Below are positions 21,050-30,952 of a stretch of 64,000 bases of DNA, piece by piece. The DNA lies in contig JAXHVD010000001.1 of the NCBI GenBank assembly GCA_034189385.1, positions 1 to 64,000 on the forward strand, given 5' to 3'. The translations under genes and the position numbers were made by a program. This DNA is from Thermodesulfobacteriota bacterium. GTDB lineage: Bacteria; Desulfobacterota; Desulfobacteria; Desulfobacterales; C00003060. Below the pieces are notes generated by a model. The model was not told where the DNA came from. It made no database searches and worked only from the letters and a program-made list of their open reading frames with translations. Positions within the stretch are counted from its first letter, which is position 1; each line of letters opens with the position of its first letter.

Positions 21050-22717
21050 TCACCCCACTCCTTCAGCACGGCTCACCAAGACAGCCCCATTCTCGGCAGC
21101 AAGAAATGGGGGTATGTACTTGCGCTTGATGTCTTCTTCGATTTGTTGCAGATAGAAACGGGGCGCATCTTCCCCGTAAACGTCTTCTCCATAACGATAG
21201 AGGCTGCCCTTATCTCTTCTTATGTTCTCATCCACGAGATCTGAATCAATCCTTCTTATGTTGGCCCTGGCAATCTCCTGGATGATGTTATGAATCCCCG
21301 AACCGGATTGTGCAGGATCTTTGATGCGAAAGGAGAGATAGGGGGGGACCCCCAACTCCAGGGCGGCCTGACGATGAACTCTCTTGCGCAGGCTGTCCTC
21401 TTTCCCCTCCAGTTTCAGCCTTGGAGATATACGCATGGCCGTTTGAATGACATCTCTGTCCAGGTACGGGGCTCTGAGTTCTATGGAGTGGGCCATAGTG
21501 AGCTTGTCTTCTCTTTCCAAGGTGTCCGTATAGAGAAACGTGAGATCCTCCCACAGTTTCTCATGGAGCCTCAAGTAGCCAAATTCGCTCAACACGTCGT
21601 TGTACCAGGGGTAGCCGGCAAAGAGTTCGTCTGCCGCCTGTCCCGTAAACATGACCCTGATGTCATCCTCTGCCGCCAACTTCGCAGCCAGATACATAGG
21701 GATGGCCACCTCCACCTGGAGAAGGCCACTTTCTTCCACATTTCTTATGATCTCAGGGAGTACCGCCTGTACCATGGATTCATCAATGATCGTGGTCTTT
21801 AGCTCAAGTCCTAGGTCTTTTGCAACCGATTGGGCTGCCAAAATATCTCCTGATTCCCTGGTGCCTGTGCAATAGCAGACGACATTCTTCCCCTCCCTCT
21901 GAAGGAGCTTTGAAACAAGGACAGAGTCTATACCCCCCGAAAAAATGACTCCGATATTCGACTCGGTGAGTCCTGTGAGCCTTTTTCTAACTGCCGCAAT
22001 AAGCGCTTCCTTATAAGATTCTACCCCTTTTCGGAAATCAACGATATCGATTTGTGGAAACTGCATGTGAAATCCTTTGTGTATTTCGGGACCAGACGGA
22101 TCCACGCATAGGATATCACCAGGATGTAGCCTCATGGGATTATCCTTACCATTCCACAATGCCTTCTTTTCTGAGGCAAAATAGGTGACCTTTTCATTCT
22201 CAATATAGTAGAGGGGTTTTTTCCCTATGGGGTCCCGCGCTACCACAAGAGACCTTCCGTCTGTCACTGCCATAGCATACATGCCGTCTAGTAGCCCTAA
22301 CACCTTTTGCATGGCATCTAGAAGATCTCCCTGATAGGCTTCCTCAAGCAGATGAACCACCACCTCACTATCGCTGGTGGTTTTTATGTCATGGGCCCTG
22401 TAGAGCAAGCTTCTCAGCTTCTTGTAGTTGTAGATTTCTCCGTTATGTATCAAGACCAGTTTACCGTCACAAGAGGCATAGGGCTGCGTGGGCCTTTCGT
22501 TCCCCACGATTCTGAGCCTGGAATGACCCATGGCAATCTGGCTTTTCCTTGACAGCACCGTCGTGAAGTCATGAATCTCGTCGGCCCTCAGGATGTCTAG
22601 ATCCAAGCAAATACCGTGGGTGTCTGGCCCCCTATGAGCCATCTTGACCAACATGTCATAAATGTCTGTTGATGGAATCTTGGTGTCCCGGACGAAGTGT
22701 CCGCATATGGTGCACAT
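21050..22717 (-). CDS. Asparagine synthase (glutamine-hydrolysing)-like amidotransferase
   Basis: N-terminal Cys2, HRGPD, HNGEIYN, SDSEV, ARDPIG.KP, SGGIDS, TGQAADELFAGY. Confidence 0.93.
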   Translation of the reverse strand: MCTICGHFVRDTKIPSTDIYDMLVKMAHRGPDTHGICLDLDILRADEIHDFTTVLSRKSQIAMGHSRLRIVGNERPTQPYASCDGKLVLIHNGEIYNYKKLRSLLYRAHDIKTTSDSEVVVHLLEEAYQGDLLDAMQKVLGLLDGMYAMAVTDGRSLVVARDPIGKKPLYYIENEKVTYFASEKKALWNGKDNPMRLHPGDILCVDPSGPEIHKGFHMQFPQIDIVDFRKGVESYKEALIAAVRKRLTGLTESNIGVIFSGGIDSVLVSKLLQREGKNVVCYCTGTRESGDILAAQSVAKDLGLELKTTIIDESMVQAVLPEIIRNVEESGLLQVEVAIPMYLAAKLAAEDDIRVMFTGQAADELFAGYPWYNDVLSEFGYLRLHEKLWEDLTFLYTDTLEREDKLTMAHSIELRAPYLDRDVIQTAMRISPRLKLEGKEDSLRKRVHRQAALELGVPPYLSFRIKDPAQSGSGIHNIIQEIARANIRRIDSDLVDENIRRDKGSLYRYGEDVYGEDAPRFYLQQIEEDIKRKYIPPFLAAENGAVLVSRAEGVG

Positions 22718-22900
22718 CGCTAATAGCTCTCCTTTCCCCCGTGGTGAGGAAATCCTTTGTCAGTCATAGACCTTTTCAGTCATAGAATGGTTGCCCTTAA
22801 GAACGATCAGAGACGAGACTTCCCTGTGAAGGTCGGATACCCGAGTGGCGGGAAATTCGAAGACACAGTGAAGAGTATTGAATTCATGAGGAATTGTTGT

Positions 22901-22955
22901 TTGAGTTCAAATTGTTTCAACTCAAAACATTATAGCATGTTTGACCCATTGTCAA
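22901..22955 (-). promoter_or_regulatory. Sigma-70 promoter with downstream palindromic operator
   Basis: TTGACA-N15-TATAAT with extended TGn; TTGAGTTCAAATTGTTTCAACTCAA at 22901-22925. Confidence 0.65.
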
Positions 22956-23011
22956 CGTCTAGTTGGCCCACGTGACACAACCCTTCTCTCTGCCGCGAGC
23001 ATGGGCAGTTC

Positions 23012-23200
23012 CTATTGGAAGGTTGAAAAGACTGTGGGATAGCTGGCATACTTGCCGCCGATAGAAATCTCCTTAAGGGTTACAACATGATAGACTCCAT
23101 TGCTATCCACCACCACATATCTGTGCATTTGATCCGTAGCAAAGCCAGTTTTTGCTTTTTGTATGGCATCTATCAGGCTCTTTGTCTCATTCCCATCCAT
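23012..23200 (-). CDS. Small hypothetical protein
   Basis: 62-aa ORF with purine-rich RBS. Confidence 0.5.
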   Translation of the reverse strand: MDGNETKSLIDAIQKAKTGFATDQMHRYVVVDSNGVYHVVTLKEISIGGKYASYPTVFSTFQ

Positions 23201-23570
23201 GCCTACATCCTTCCTCTCTATGATGCTATCTCTTTGGCGGTCCCATCCTCAATGGCTCAGCCAACTCCTTCAGTAGCCGGGTCCCCAGGTATCTTTGCGA
23301 CGGCCTTTGGAGGTTGATGAAATATTCTGTTCCCGGCAACCTGTCTTGTCTGCTTGGTCCCGATGTGTCCCAGTACTGAAAAGACCTTGCTTCCGTTTTC
23401 CTATGACGCCCTCTATTCCTCTGATATCCCATAATTTGCCCAGTCACCTCATCAGCCGTTTACTTGATTTAGCACTCCAATCGCTCTCAAAACCAATCAG
23501 TTGCAAACGTGTGACCCGTTTCTGCTTGTTGCGCCTCAAGCGGCTAAAAGATCTCTACTGAAGCACTATC

Positions 23571-23918
23571 TTACTTCACCCAAAGGCCTTTCTTGGCCAG
23601 TCCCTGCCGTATATGAACAAGGAACTGCTGGGCAACCTCGACTTCGTAGAGCAACTGATGTGCTTCCTCCAAATCCTTCGAGGCTTCCTCATTCACCTCC
23701 GTGTATAGTCTCAGCTTTTGAAACAGGTCTTCGACGTGAGCCTTCAACTGGGCAATGGCCTCACAAGGGTTCAGGCTATGGAAATACACAGTCGGCTTCA
23801 CCATGACCGTGTCGCCGGCTGAATCGTCACTGACTAGCGTATAGAGTTTGTTAGACCTGACACCGCCTCTTTCGCTCTTGTACACCAACATCCCAAGGAC
23901 AACACTCTTAAACTTCAT
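23571..23918 (-). CDS. Hypothetical protein
   Basis: 115-aa ORF, helical C-terminus. Confidence 0.6.
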   Translation of the reverse strand: MKFKSVVLGMLVYKSERGGVRSNKLYTLVSDDSAGDTVMVKPTVYFHSLNPCEAIAQLKAHVEDLFQKLRLYTEVNEEASKDLEEAHQLLYEVEVAQQFLVHIRQGLAKKGLWVK

Positions 23919-23985
23919 ACCCTACCCATCTCAGTCTTCAATCATTGGAGCTTGTCAGTTACTGATGCATCTCTGAGCCCTCACG

Positions 23986-24417
23986 TTACCTCCGTCTGAA
24001 GGATCTTCTGGGGCGACGGGCTCGTCTTCTTTCCGTGTACCGTTTCTTCTCCACCTTTCCGAAGAGCATGACACGGAATACACTATCGCCCTTGAAGACT
24101 AGGCAGTGATTCATTCCCGTAAGAATTCGCCCCAGGGCCTCCTGCATGGGGAGTTGTCTAAAGCGGACAGAAATTTTCTCGTTAAGTAGGAAGTCTGCGC
24201 CCTTTTTCGTCTGAAATCTTATCCCTTTCTGCTTCCTAATGGCATCCAAGACCGCCCGTAGGGGCGTATCATCTATATTGGCAGAAAGTGTCCTTTCCTT
24301 GAAATCAAGGCGCAAGGCAGTCCCCTGGGAAGCGGTGGTTTCAGGCGAAAAGAGGAGTGACGCGGCCAGCAGCAGTAAAAGGAACACATGCTTGAATCTT
24401 TTGCAGGCCCTAGTCAT
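23986..24417 (-). CDS. Exported protein with secretin/TonB N-terminal (STN)-like domain and Arg-rich tail
   Basis: Signal peptide; LSANIDDTPLRAVLDAI...ISVRF..LP..EALGRIL. Confidence 0.6.
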   Translation of the reverse strand: MTRACKRFKHVFLLLLLAASLLFSPETTASQGTALRLDFKERTLSANIDDTPLRAVLDAIRKQKGIRFQTKKGADFLLNEKISVRFRQLPMQEALGRILTGMNHCLVFKGDSVFRVMLFGKVEKKRYTERRRARRPRRSFRRR

Positions 24418-24627
24418 AGACAAACGCTCACGATCATTCTCCTTGCCAAGTGATTTGGTCTCCAATCTTTAGAGTCGTAGTAAAATGCCGGCCCACCTTT
24501 ATGGGGCAATGGCCCCGCGACATCGCTCCCTGACGAAGGATCTAAAATCTGGGGGCTTGGCCGAGTTTAACCAAGCATTGAGGTCTTCAGCCAAGACCGT
24601 GACCTATGTCAACGGTAATGATCGTCT

Positions 24628-25083
24628 TCAACTATCCAGACCCCGTGGCACACCCTGAATGACTTCAATTAACTGAATATCAAAATTTACAGTCTCTCCC
24701 GCCAAGGGATGATTGGCATCCATGACCACAGTGCTTTCGTTGACTTCAGTAATGACAACATCCAAAACACTTCCGTCTGCGTGTCGCACATGCAACTCTT
24801 TGCCAACGTCAGGGATGATATCCTTGGGAAAGTCCTCCTTGTCGATGTCTAGCAGCAGCTCCGGCACCCATTGCCCATAGGCATGGTGGGGAGGGACTTG
24901 AATGCTCTTTCTTTCTCCCACCACCATGCCAACCATGCCCTGCTCAAAACCTGGCATGAGTTTTCCCTCACCAATGGTGACCTCAATAGGCTCACTTCCT
25001 GTCGTGGTGGCAAATACCCTGCCATCTTGACGCCGTCCAGTATAATGGACTTTCACGGTGTCTCCATAACCAGCCTGAGTCAC
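24628..25083 (-). CDS. FKBP-type peptidyl-prolyl isomerase (SlyD/FkpB type)
   Basis: VKVHYTG, GFEQGM.GM.VGE, AYG, DANHPLAG. Confidence 0.95.
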   Translation of the reverse strand: MTQAGYGDTVKVHYTGRRQDGRVFATTTGSEPIEVTIGEGKLMPGFEQGMVGMVVGERKSIQVPPHHAYGQWVPELLLDIDKEDFPKDIIPDVGKELHVRHADGSVLDVVITEVNESTVVMDANHPLAGETVNFDIQLIEVIQGVPRGLDS

Positions 25084-25219
25084 GCAAACCTCCTTTCAAT
25101 AGAAAGCTCCTGGCAAAATCCGTTACTCTTTGCCACATAGTGCGCCCCGACATCCCGCTGTCTGCTGCAACAGGACTAACATGTCAGCAACGGCCCGCGT
25201 AGCCAACCCTGGAATCGTC

Positions 25220-25600
25220 CTAGCCCTGTTGAGCGTAACCCCCAATCATCTTGTCTATAACCGTGGAAAGCCCTGAGAAGTTTCCGTCAATGTAAGTAAG
25301 GTAACGGGGCCGAAGAAGATGAGCCATGGCTATTGTTTCTTCTTCGGTGTCAGGCACAACAACGACAGTAAGAGCGTCACGAAATAGGTGCCTCATGGCG
25401 AGAACATCCAGAAAGTCCTCGGGCCTGGCAAGTAGGAGAATGACAATCGTGCGACCATCTTTAGGCTGTCGAAGCCTTTGCTGGAAGTTGCTGGCCGAAC
25501 GATAGGTCTCCAGAATCCCCTCTGGAATCGAAGGTTCAAGTGCCTGTTTTACCTGTCTCGCCACTTTCTCAGCGGCTGTCGTATACAAGAATACCTCCAT
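25220..25600 (-). CDS. Degenerate receiver-like hypothetical protein
   Basis: alpha/beta pattern, AHLLRPRYL; first gene after sigma-54 promoter. Confidence 0.6.
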   Translation of the reverse strand: MEVFLYTTAAEKVARQVKQALEPSIPEGILETYRSASNFQQRLRQPKDGRTIVILLLARPEDFLDVLAMRHLFRDALTVVVVPDTEEETIAMAHLLRPRYLTYIDGNFSGLSTVIDKMIGGYAQQG

Positions 25601-25667
25601 AAATCAGGTCTCCATTGAACTGTCTTACCTCACCTGGTCAAAAGCCTAGCCTTTTTCCTTCACTGGA

Positions 25668-25683
25668 AACAAGAAACATGCCA
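25668..25683 (-). promoter_or_regulatory. Sigma-54-like promoter (TTGT -12 variant)
   Basis: TGGCATGTTTCTTGTT; TGTACG..CGGACA and GTCCG..GGACA sites at 25770-25828. Confidence 0.55.
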
Positions 25684-25852
25684 CGGGCTGAAAAAAGTAT
25701 TTTTAGCAATTATATTAAATAGTTTAGACGCTTTTTGAATGGAAAAAAGAAGAGAAGAAAGGAGTGAATTGTACGGCAAAAGCGGACAAAATCCTTCACT
25801 ATCGGAAAGGGTCCGACGTAACAGGACATTTCTATGAGTAGTTCTGAAGCAG

Positions 25853-27277
25853 CTAGAGGGGGGGGGACCTGGGCACTTCATGCTTTTTGAGGAGCTCATA
25901 CAGGCGGGATCTGGAAAGACCAGATATGCTGCAAGCCTTCATCATGTCACCTCTGGTTGCAGACATAAGGTCTTTCAGGTATCTTTCTTCGACCTCGGCA
26001 ACGGCAAGCTCTCGCACTTCGCCTAACGTCGGCAAGGTCTTTGAGGCCTTAGTGGCTTTCGTTGGCCATGATCTCTTCGGTTTCCCATCAGCAACTGCCG
26101 TGCGGACCACCCTTGCATGAATCTCTGTCGGAAGGTGCTTGGGAAAGATCACTGGTTCATCCCGTGCTGAGACAATGGCTGTCTCAAGGGCTTTGACCAG
26201 TTCTCTTACGTTTCCAGGCCACTCATACTTAGCAATGACATCGAAAAACTCAGGCGAAAATTCTTTTTCCTCCAAACCGTATTCTTCACACACTTGAGCC
26301 ATGTGATGCATGGCCAAGTCCTCAATGTCTTCAATTCTATCTCTTAACGGCGGCAACTCAATTGAAAAGGACCGGAGACGAAACAGCAGGTCTTTTCGGA
26401 AAAGCTTATGGCGTGCTGCTTCAATTAGGTCCCGATTGGATGCCGCAATAAGTCTGAAACGGCTTCCCACCTCGCGTCTACTGCCTACAGGACGGAAACG
26501 CTGCTCTTGGAGGACCCGAAGAAAGGTCTTTTGGAGGGATAATGGAAGCTCCCCAACCTCGTCCAAAAACAGAGTGCCGCCGTCAGCCTGCTTGATCAAA
26601 CCGTCGCGGCCTATCTCAGCACCTGTGAAAGCACCTTTCTCATGCCCGAAAAGCGTGCTCTCCACAAGAGTAGCTGGCAAGGCAGCACAATCGACGACCA
26701 CAAAGTTCTTATCAGCACGACCGCTGTTATTGTGGATGGCCCATGCGAAGAGCTCTTTCCCCGTTCCGGTTTCACCTGTGATGAGCACGCTGGCGTCACT
26801 ATCAGAAGCCTCGGCTACGATTTCCAGGCAGGCTCTTATGCGGGGGCTTCTTCCTATGATGCCGAGGAAAGTCTCCCTCTTCAAGGTAGTAGAAGGCTTT
26901 TTGGGCACCCTTTTTGCCCGATATTGAAGGGCACGAATCAGTGGGAGAGCGATTTCTTTCTCTGAAGAGGGCCTGACAATGTAATCCCATGCACCAGCCT
27001 TTATCGCCTGTTCCGCCTCGTCAGGGTCAGCGTTGTCACTTATGATGATGACTTCAGGCAAGGAAGGGACCTTGAGGATCTTCGTTAATACATCCACTCC
27101 CCATCCATCTGGCAGCCGAACGCCAAGAAACACGATATCAAAGACTCCAGTCCGGGCCAATTTCAGCCCTTCTCTAAAAGAGTGTAGACAATGGACTACG
27201 TGGCCCATGTGAGCCGCCGTCCGGGATAATAGCTCACAGAAGACTCGGTTATGATCAATTATCAGAACATTCGCCAT
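25853..27277 (-). CDS. NtrC-family sigma-54 activator with atypical receiver
   Basis: GETGTGKE, GAFTGA, LFLDEVGE, WPGNVREL, HTH; VFLGVRLPD lacks phospho-Asp. Confidence 0.95.
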   Translation of the reverse strand: MANVLIIDHNRVFCELLSRTAAHMGHVVHCLHSFREGLKLARTGVFDIVFLGVRLPDGWGVDVLTKILKVPSLPEVIIISDNADPDEAEQAIKAGAWDYIVRPSSEKEIALPLIRALQYRAKRVPKKPSTTLKRETFLGIIGRSPRIRACLEIVAEASDSDASVLITGETGTGKELFAWAIHNNSGRADKNFVVVDCAALPATLVESTLFGHEKGAFTGAEIGRDGLIKQADGGTLFLDEVGELPLSLQKTFLRVLQEQRFRPVGSRREVGSRFRLIAASNRDLIEAARHKLFRKDLLFRLRSFSIELPPLRDRIEDIEDLAMHHMAQVCEEYGLEEKEFSPEFFDVIAKYEWPGNVRELVKALETAIVSARDEPVIFPKHLPTEIHARVVRTAVADGKPKRSWPTKATKASKTLPTLGEVRELAVAEVEERYLKDLMSATRGDMMKACSISGLSRSRLYELLKKHEVPRSPPL

Positions 27278-27700
27278 GATCAATTCTCTGTGGCATGGGG
27301 CATAGGAAGAAAGGCAGCCGCCTTGCCAGACCATTTGTGGGACCAAATAGGTCCATAGAGATCCCGATAGTAACTATGTCAATGGGTCCATTCCTGGTAT
27401 TAAAGTAGAAGGGGTGGCCCTCCTTTGCTTGGACTACCTTCCAGAAATCCAACTCGAGATAGAAGCCTCAAGAGCTGTCCTACCTCTGAATCTCACAGCA
27501 TTTCAGACCTTGACCTTTTCATCCGTCGGTGGTCTAACGCGTTGAAATGCTCCCTGGCGACGAGCCCAGGAAAGTGCCCCAACAGCCTAGTTTCAGCGGC
27601 CCCCAAAACACGAAACCCCACCTCTGCTGATGGAAAGCGGGGTTAAGGTTTTCTCTCCATTGCATCCTCTTCGTCTTACTTGACCAGCAAGAAGAGGTCT

Positions 27701-28235
27701 TGGTACCCCTTACAACCAGCGGGCCCCTTTTGTCAAGGATTCTAGAGGGCAACAAACCGTCAAACAATCTGATGTTACAGCAAAAACTGCATGTTATTCG
27801 GAGAGGAACTCCGGCCTTGAGAGCTTTTGGTAGACGAAACACTGAGGTGAAAGTCCTCTACACGCCGGACAGGGGGAAATGTGAGTTGTACGGCATGTTC
27901 ATTGCCAGGTTGAATCCGAAGGAAGTGGCAGGCAAGGCGCTGGCCCGACGAACGGGAATTGCACATGAGGTGTATATGCTGCATGAGGAGGCCAATATCT
28001 CTGAGTAACAGTACCTGAACGGGAAGTCTTGCGTATAAGCGACGTAAACATGAAGGTGGGTCTCCTCATTCGCCTGAATACCCGGCTGGGGAGCGCTTCA
28101 CCATCAAGGTCGGATTTCCTGCTCATACCTGATTGGCCAACGCTTTTCTGTCGATGGTTGATTACCTGCCCTTATGGTGACGCACCCCGTCGAGAGCTTT
28201 CCTTAAGGTTTTCCTGCGAAACCCGCACTCCCTAG
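27701..28235. mobile_element. Non-coding IS-end-like element (IS110-like, uncertain), no transposase
   Basis: Same terminus geometry and 45-nt motif as 6841-7030. Confidence 0.5.
27833..28058 (+). ncRNA. Group II intron 5' (domain I) fragment, degenerate
   Basis: GACGAAACACTGAGGTGAAAGTCCTC...GAATCCGAAGGAAG..GGCAA...GGCCCGACGAAC.GGAA..GCA.ATGAGG resembles intron DI; no RT ORF or domain V. Confidence 0.6.
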
Positions 28236-28368
28236 ATGATTACAGTATTATAAGGCCATCACAACGGTAATTGCCATTCGCAGACCAAAAGCCTCATTGT
28301 CGAATCTCGACGAGAGGAACACGACCTGCTGGCCGACAGTCAAGGGTTAAAGGGGGGGTATCGGAGGC

Positions 28369-28458
28369 ATGGCAAAAACAAGTTTTTTGAGAAGGGCAGG
28401 TCACATGAAACAGGCGCCCTTTTCAAGGTATCACAACGGAGAAGAAGAGTTGCAGTGG
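28369..28458 (+). pseudogene. Cupin gene 5' remnant (paralog of 34413)
   Basis: MAKTSFLRRAGHMKQAPFSRYHNGEEELQW vs MSKTSFLKRARDMRQAPLARCHDGEGELQW. Confidence 0.85.
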
Positions 28459-28519
28459 AGGGGTAGGTTTCCGGGGTGCACTGAGATTTCTGAGCCTAGT
28501 GTGTCATTCGTTTAGTCCC

Positions 28520-28752
28520 TTCGCGGTACGCTACCAACCTTGCCAATTCTTTGTCACAGAGGTTTCGACGCGCTTCAGGTTGATAACAAATTGATATTTT
28601 TGCAAAAGTGTGCCAAAAGGAGGGACAGCAATTAGCTATACTTACATATAATTTTGCCTAATATAAACCTAAAATAACATGAAGAACATATCTTTCATGT
28701 ATAAAAGACATGTAGGTATATGACAGAGGGGCGGAGCATAAGGCACAAGGGG
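28520..28752 (+). repeat. Dispersed long repeat copy R1
   Basis: TTCGCGGTACG..ACCAACCTT ... ACTTACATATAATT ... GAAGAACATATCT ... TATAAAAG..ATGTAGGTATATGACAGA ... CATAAGGCACAAGGGG. Confidence 0.88.
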
Positions 28753-29122
28753 GGGGGGATATCCTGTTTCCCCCTTCCGTTGACAGGACGAACATGGCAG
28801 AATGTCCAACTGTCTACGCCACTGAAATCGCCTCGCCAATTCCTACGCCAAGACCACAAACCCTCCGGCACCGCCATTTGGATAACAAATTGGTTTTGTA
28901 GAAGTTTTAGACAAACAAGACGGGGGGCCATCCTTTAGGGAGTAGCAGGCCCTCCCTCCGGCCTTCCGACTCTCGGACTACCAATGAGACACTGCGGGCA
29001 AACCGAATTTTCCTTGATATGCAACAAAGACGTTGCATAATGATTTTGTTGCAGAGCTGAATTGAAGAGGGAAAATCTCCGGAAACCCTGGTGAAAGGTT
29101 GAAAGGTCTCTAACGGAGGGGC

Positions 29123-29244
29123 ATGTCAAAGACAAAACCTTTGAGAAGGGCAGGTGGCCTGCAGCAGTGTATCGTGGAGGGTCACATGGGCTCAGAAACC
29201 ATACTGACCGTGACCTTCGGATTCTTGTGGTGAGTGTGTCTTGA
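29123..29244 (+). pseudogene. Cupin gene with large internal deletion (paralog of 34413)
   Basis: Leader from ~29088, 5' end and last ~85 nt match the 34413-34775 gene; middle missing. Confidence 0.85.
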
Positions 29245-29272
29245 TGTGTGAAAGGCGGTTCACCGCTTTGGA

Positions 29273-29506
29273 TTACACAGCCAGGGCCAGGGCTTGTTCG
29301 ATAGGTCTTGGTAAATCAATCGGAATAAAGAAACCAGAGGGATAGAGATAATCCTCGCCAGATTCGTCAACCACTCGAATCATTTCATGATCAGCCGCAC
29401 GGGCATCAGGTATGAGTTCATAGATCTTGCGTAACTCCAGAGACGCGGCATAGCCTTCGTTCTTGATGCAGACAACGAATGTCTTCTTTGAATTCACCTG
29501 CTCCAT
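29273..29506 (-). CDS. Small acidic protein, putative antitoxin-like partner
   Basis: VCIKN..Y.ASLE..KIY...PD...RVVDESGEDYLYP; coupled to 29512-29751. Confidence 0.75.
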   Translation of the reverse strand: MEQVNSKKTFVVCIKNEGYAASLELRKIYELIPDARAADHEMIRVVDESGEDYLYPSGFFIPIDLPRPIEQALALAV

Positions 29507-29511
29507 CTTTC

Positions 29512-29751
29512 TTACCAGAAGACCTTCTTAACCTTCATATCCTTTCGTCCAATACCATGGGCCTCATACCAAGGTAATTCAGCTTTGCATATCATACCAT
29601 CTGGAAGTCGAATTGTCGCCTTTCCTTTCATTTTTCTCCAACGACCGTAACCATAGCTTTTACGCAGGCGGGCAATTTCCCGGATGGAGTTGCCTACTGC
29701 AATTGTCTCGATTTCGGAAATATCGTTGACTATTTCGAGGTAGATAGACAT
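29512..29751 (-). CDS. Small basic protein, putative toxin-like
   Basis: IETIAVG.SIR...RLRK.YG.GRWRK.KG...WYEAHGIG. Confidence 0.75.
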   Translation of the reverse strand: MSIYLEIVNDISEIETIAVGNSIREIARLRKSYGYGRWRKMKGKATIRLPDGMICKAELPWYEAHGIGRKDMKVKKVFW

Positions 29752-30003
29752 CTAAAGTCATGTGCCACTCTCCTGAGTTTCCCCACACTGGCTCACACTC
29801 GAGAATGCCAGATCGGCTTTCAATGCCACATTGCCCTAGCTCCAAAGCGCGGGACGACATCTCTCTTCAAGAGAAGTAGGGTTGCAACAATCAGTCCATG
29901 GCGCCCTTTCGGTTAGGGTTGACGGGTCATTCAAGAAGTTGAACTCTTGGTATCAGAATTCGCTTCTTTTTGTCAAGAATTCTAAAGGGTAATAGGGCCA
30001 GAG

Positions 30004-30258
30004 TTCGCGGTACGCCACCAACCTTTCCTAATCGTTGTCAAGGGGCTTCCCCCAACTCTTAGTGAGATAACCTGTCGATGTTATGCAGAAAGATTGGGAA
30101 ATGGGGTCCTCGTATTAAATTGAATTATACATAATTTAATTTCATATGCACTGAAAATGAATCGAAGAGCATATTTTTTATATATAAAAGCAATTTAGGT
30201 ATATGACAGAAGGTCGGAGCATAAGGCACAAGGGGCAGGGCGCAAGGCGGAGGGATGA
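30004..30258 (+). repeat. Dispersed long repeat copy R2
   Basis: Same blocks as R1; 3' tail near-identical to R4. Confidence 0.88.
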
Positions 30259-30397
30259 GACAGCCCTGGTGCCCCGGACTTTTTTAACCTCGTTGGCCTT
30301 TCTTGGTATCTGCTGGAAGGCAGCAGAAAAGGTAGGGGGCTCGGCGGCAGGAGACGTTTTTCTGCGAGGGACAGGAAAAGGGGACAGATTATACACT

Positions 30398-30667
30398 TTA
30401 TACAAACAAATCGGAATGGCTGCCTGTTCGAACAAGACAAAGTTCACTTCCCTCTATCCGATAAATAAGCAACCAGTCAGGTTCAATATGACACTCCCGA
30501 CAATCTTTTAGTGGCCCCTTGAGTTGATGATCCTTGTGCCTTGGTGACAACCTTTCTGCATTAACAATATCCTGAATAATGGTTTTCAGCTTATCCAAAT
30601 CCTTTCCTCGTTTGATAAGCCGTTTAACATCCCTCTTGAATTGAGTATCGCGCCTGATCGATCTCAT
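30398..30667 (-). CDS. yafQ: Type II TA toxin, YafQ family mRNA interferase
   Basis: FKRDVK, DHQLKG, RECHIEPDWLLIY, RTGSHSDLF. Confidence 0.95.
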   Translation of the reverse strand: MRSIRRDTQFKRDVKRLIKRGKDLDKLKTIIQDIVNAERLSPRHKDHQLKGPLKDCRECHIEPDWLLIYRIEGSELCLVRTGSHSDLFV

Positions 30668-30670
30668 ATG

Positions 30671-30934
30671 CTAAATGCCAAGATCGTCAAACAGTTCTTT
30701 TGTTGTTGGGAATCTTTTCCCTTTTCCTTTTCTTGAATTATCAATAGCTTTCATAGTACTTTCATTGGGTATATTAAGATCAAATGGCAAACCACGATGA
30801 GCAATTACCTGTCTGTAAAATAGCTCAAATGAATTAGAGACTGATAAACCCAATTTCTTAAGTATACCTTCGGCTTGTTCTTTAATCTCAGGGTCCAATA
30901 AAGCTCTTGCCGTCGCAGTTTTATTTGTTCCCAT
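30671..30934 (-). CDS. dinJ: Type II TA antitoxin, RelB/DinJ family
   Basis: K.QAE.IL..LGLS.S...GLPF...PN..T..A; upstream of yafQ; GGAGG RBS. Confidence 0.92.
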   Translation of the reverse strand: MGTNKTATARALLDPEIKEQAEGILKKLGLSVSNSFELFYRQVIAHRGLPFDLNIPNESTMKAIDNSRKGKGKRFPTTKELFDDLGI

Positions 30935-30952
30935 ACTAGATCCTCCAATTTG

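Noticed and set aside
28860..28880. tRNA 3'-end att site (CACCGCCATTT)
   Set aside because: No T-arm sequence and no integrase nearby.
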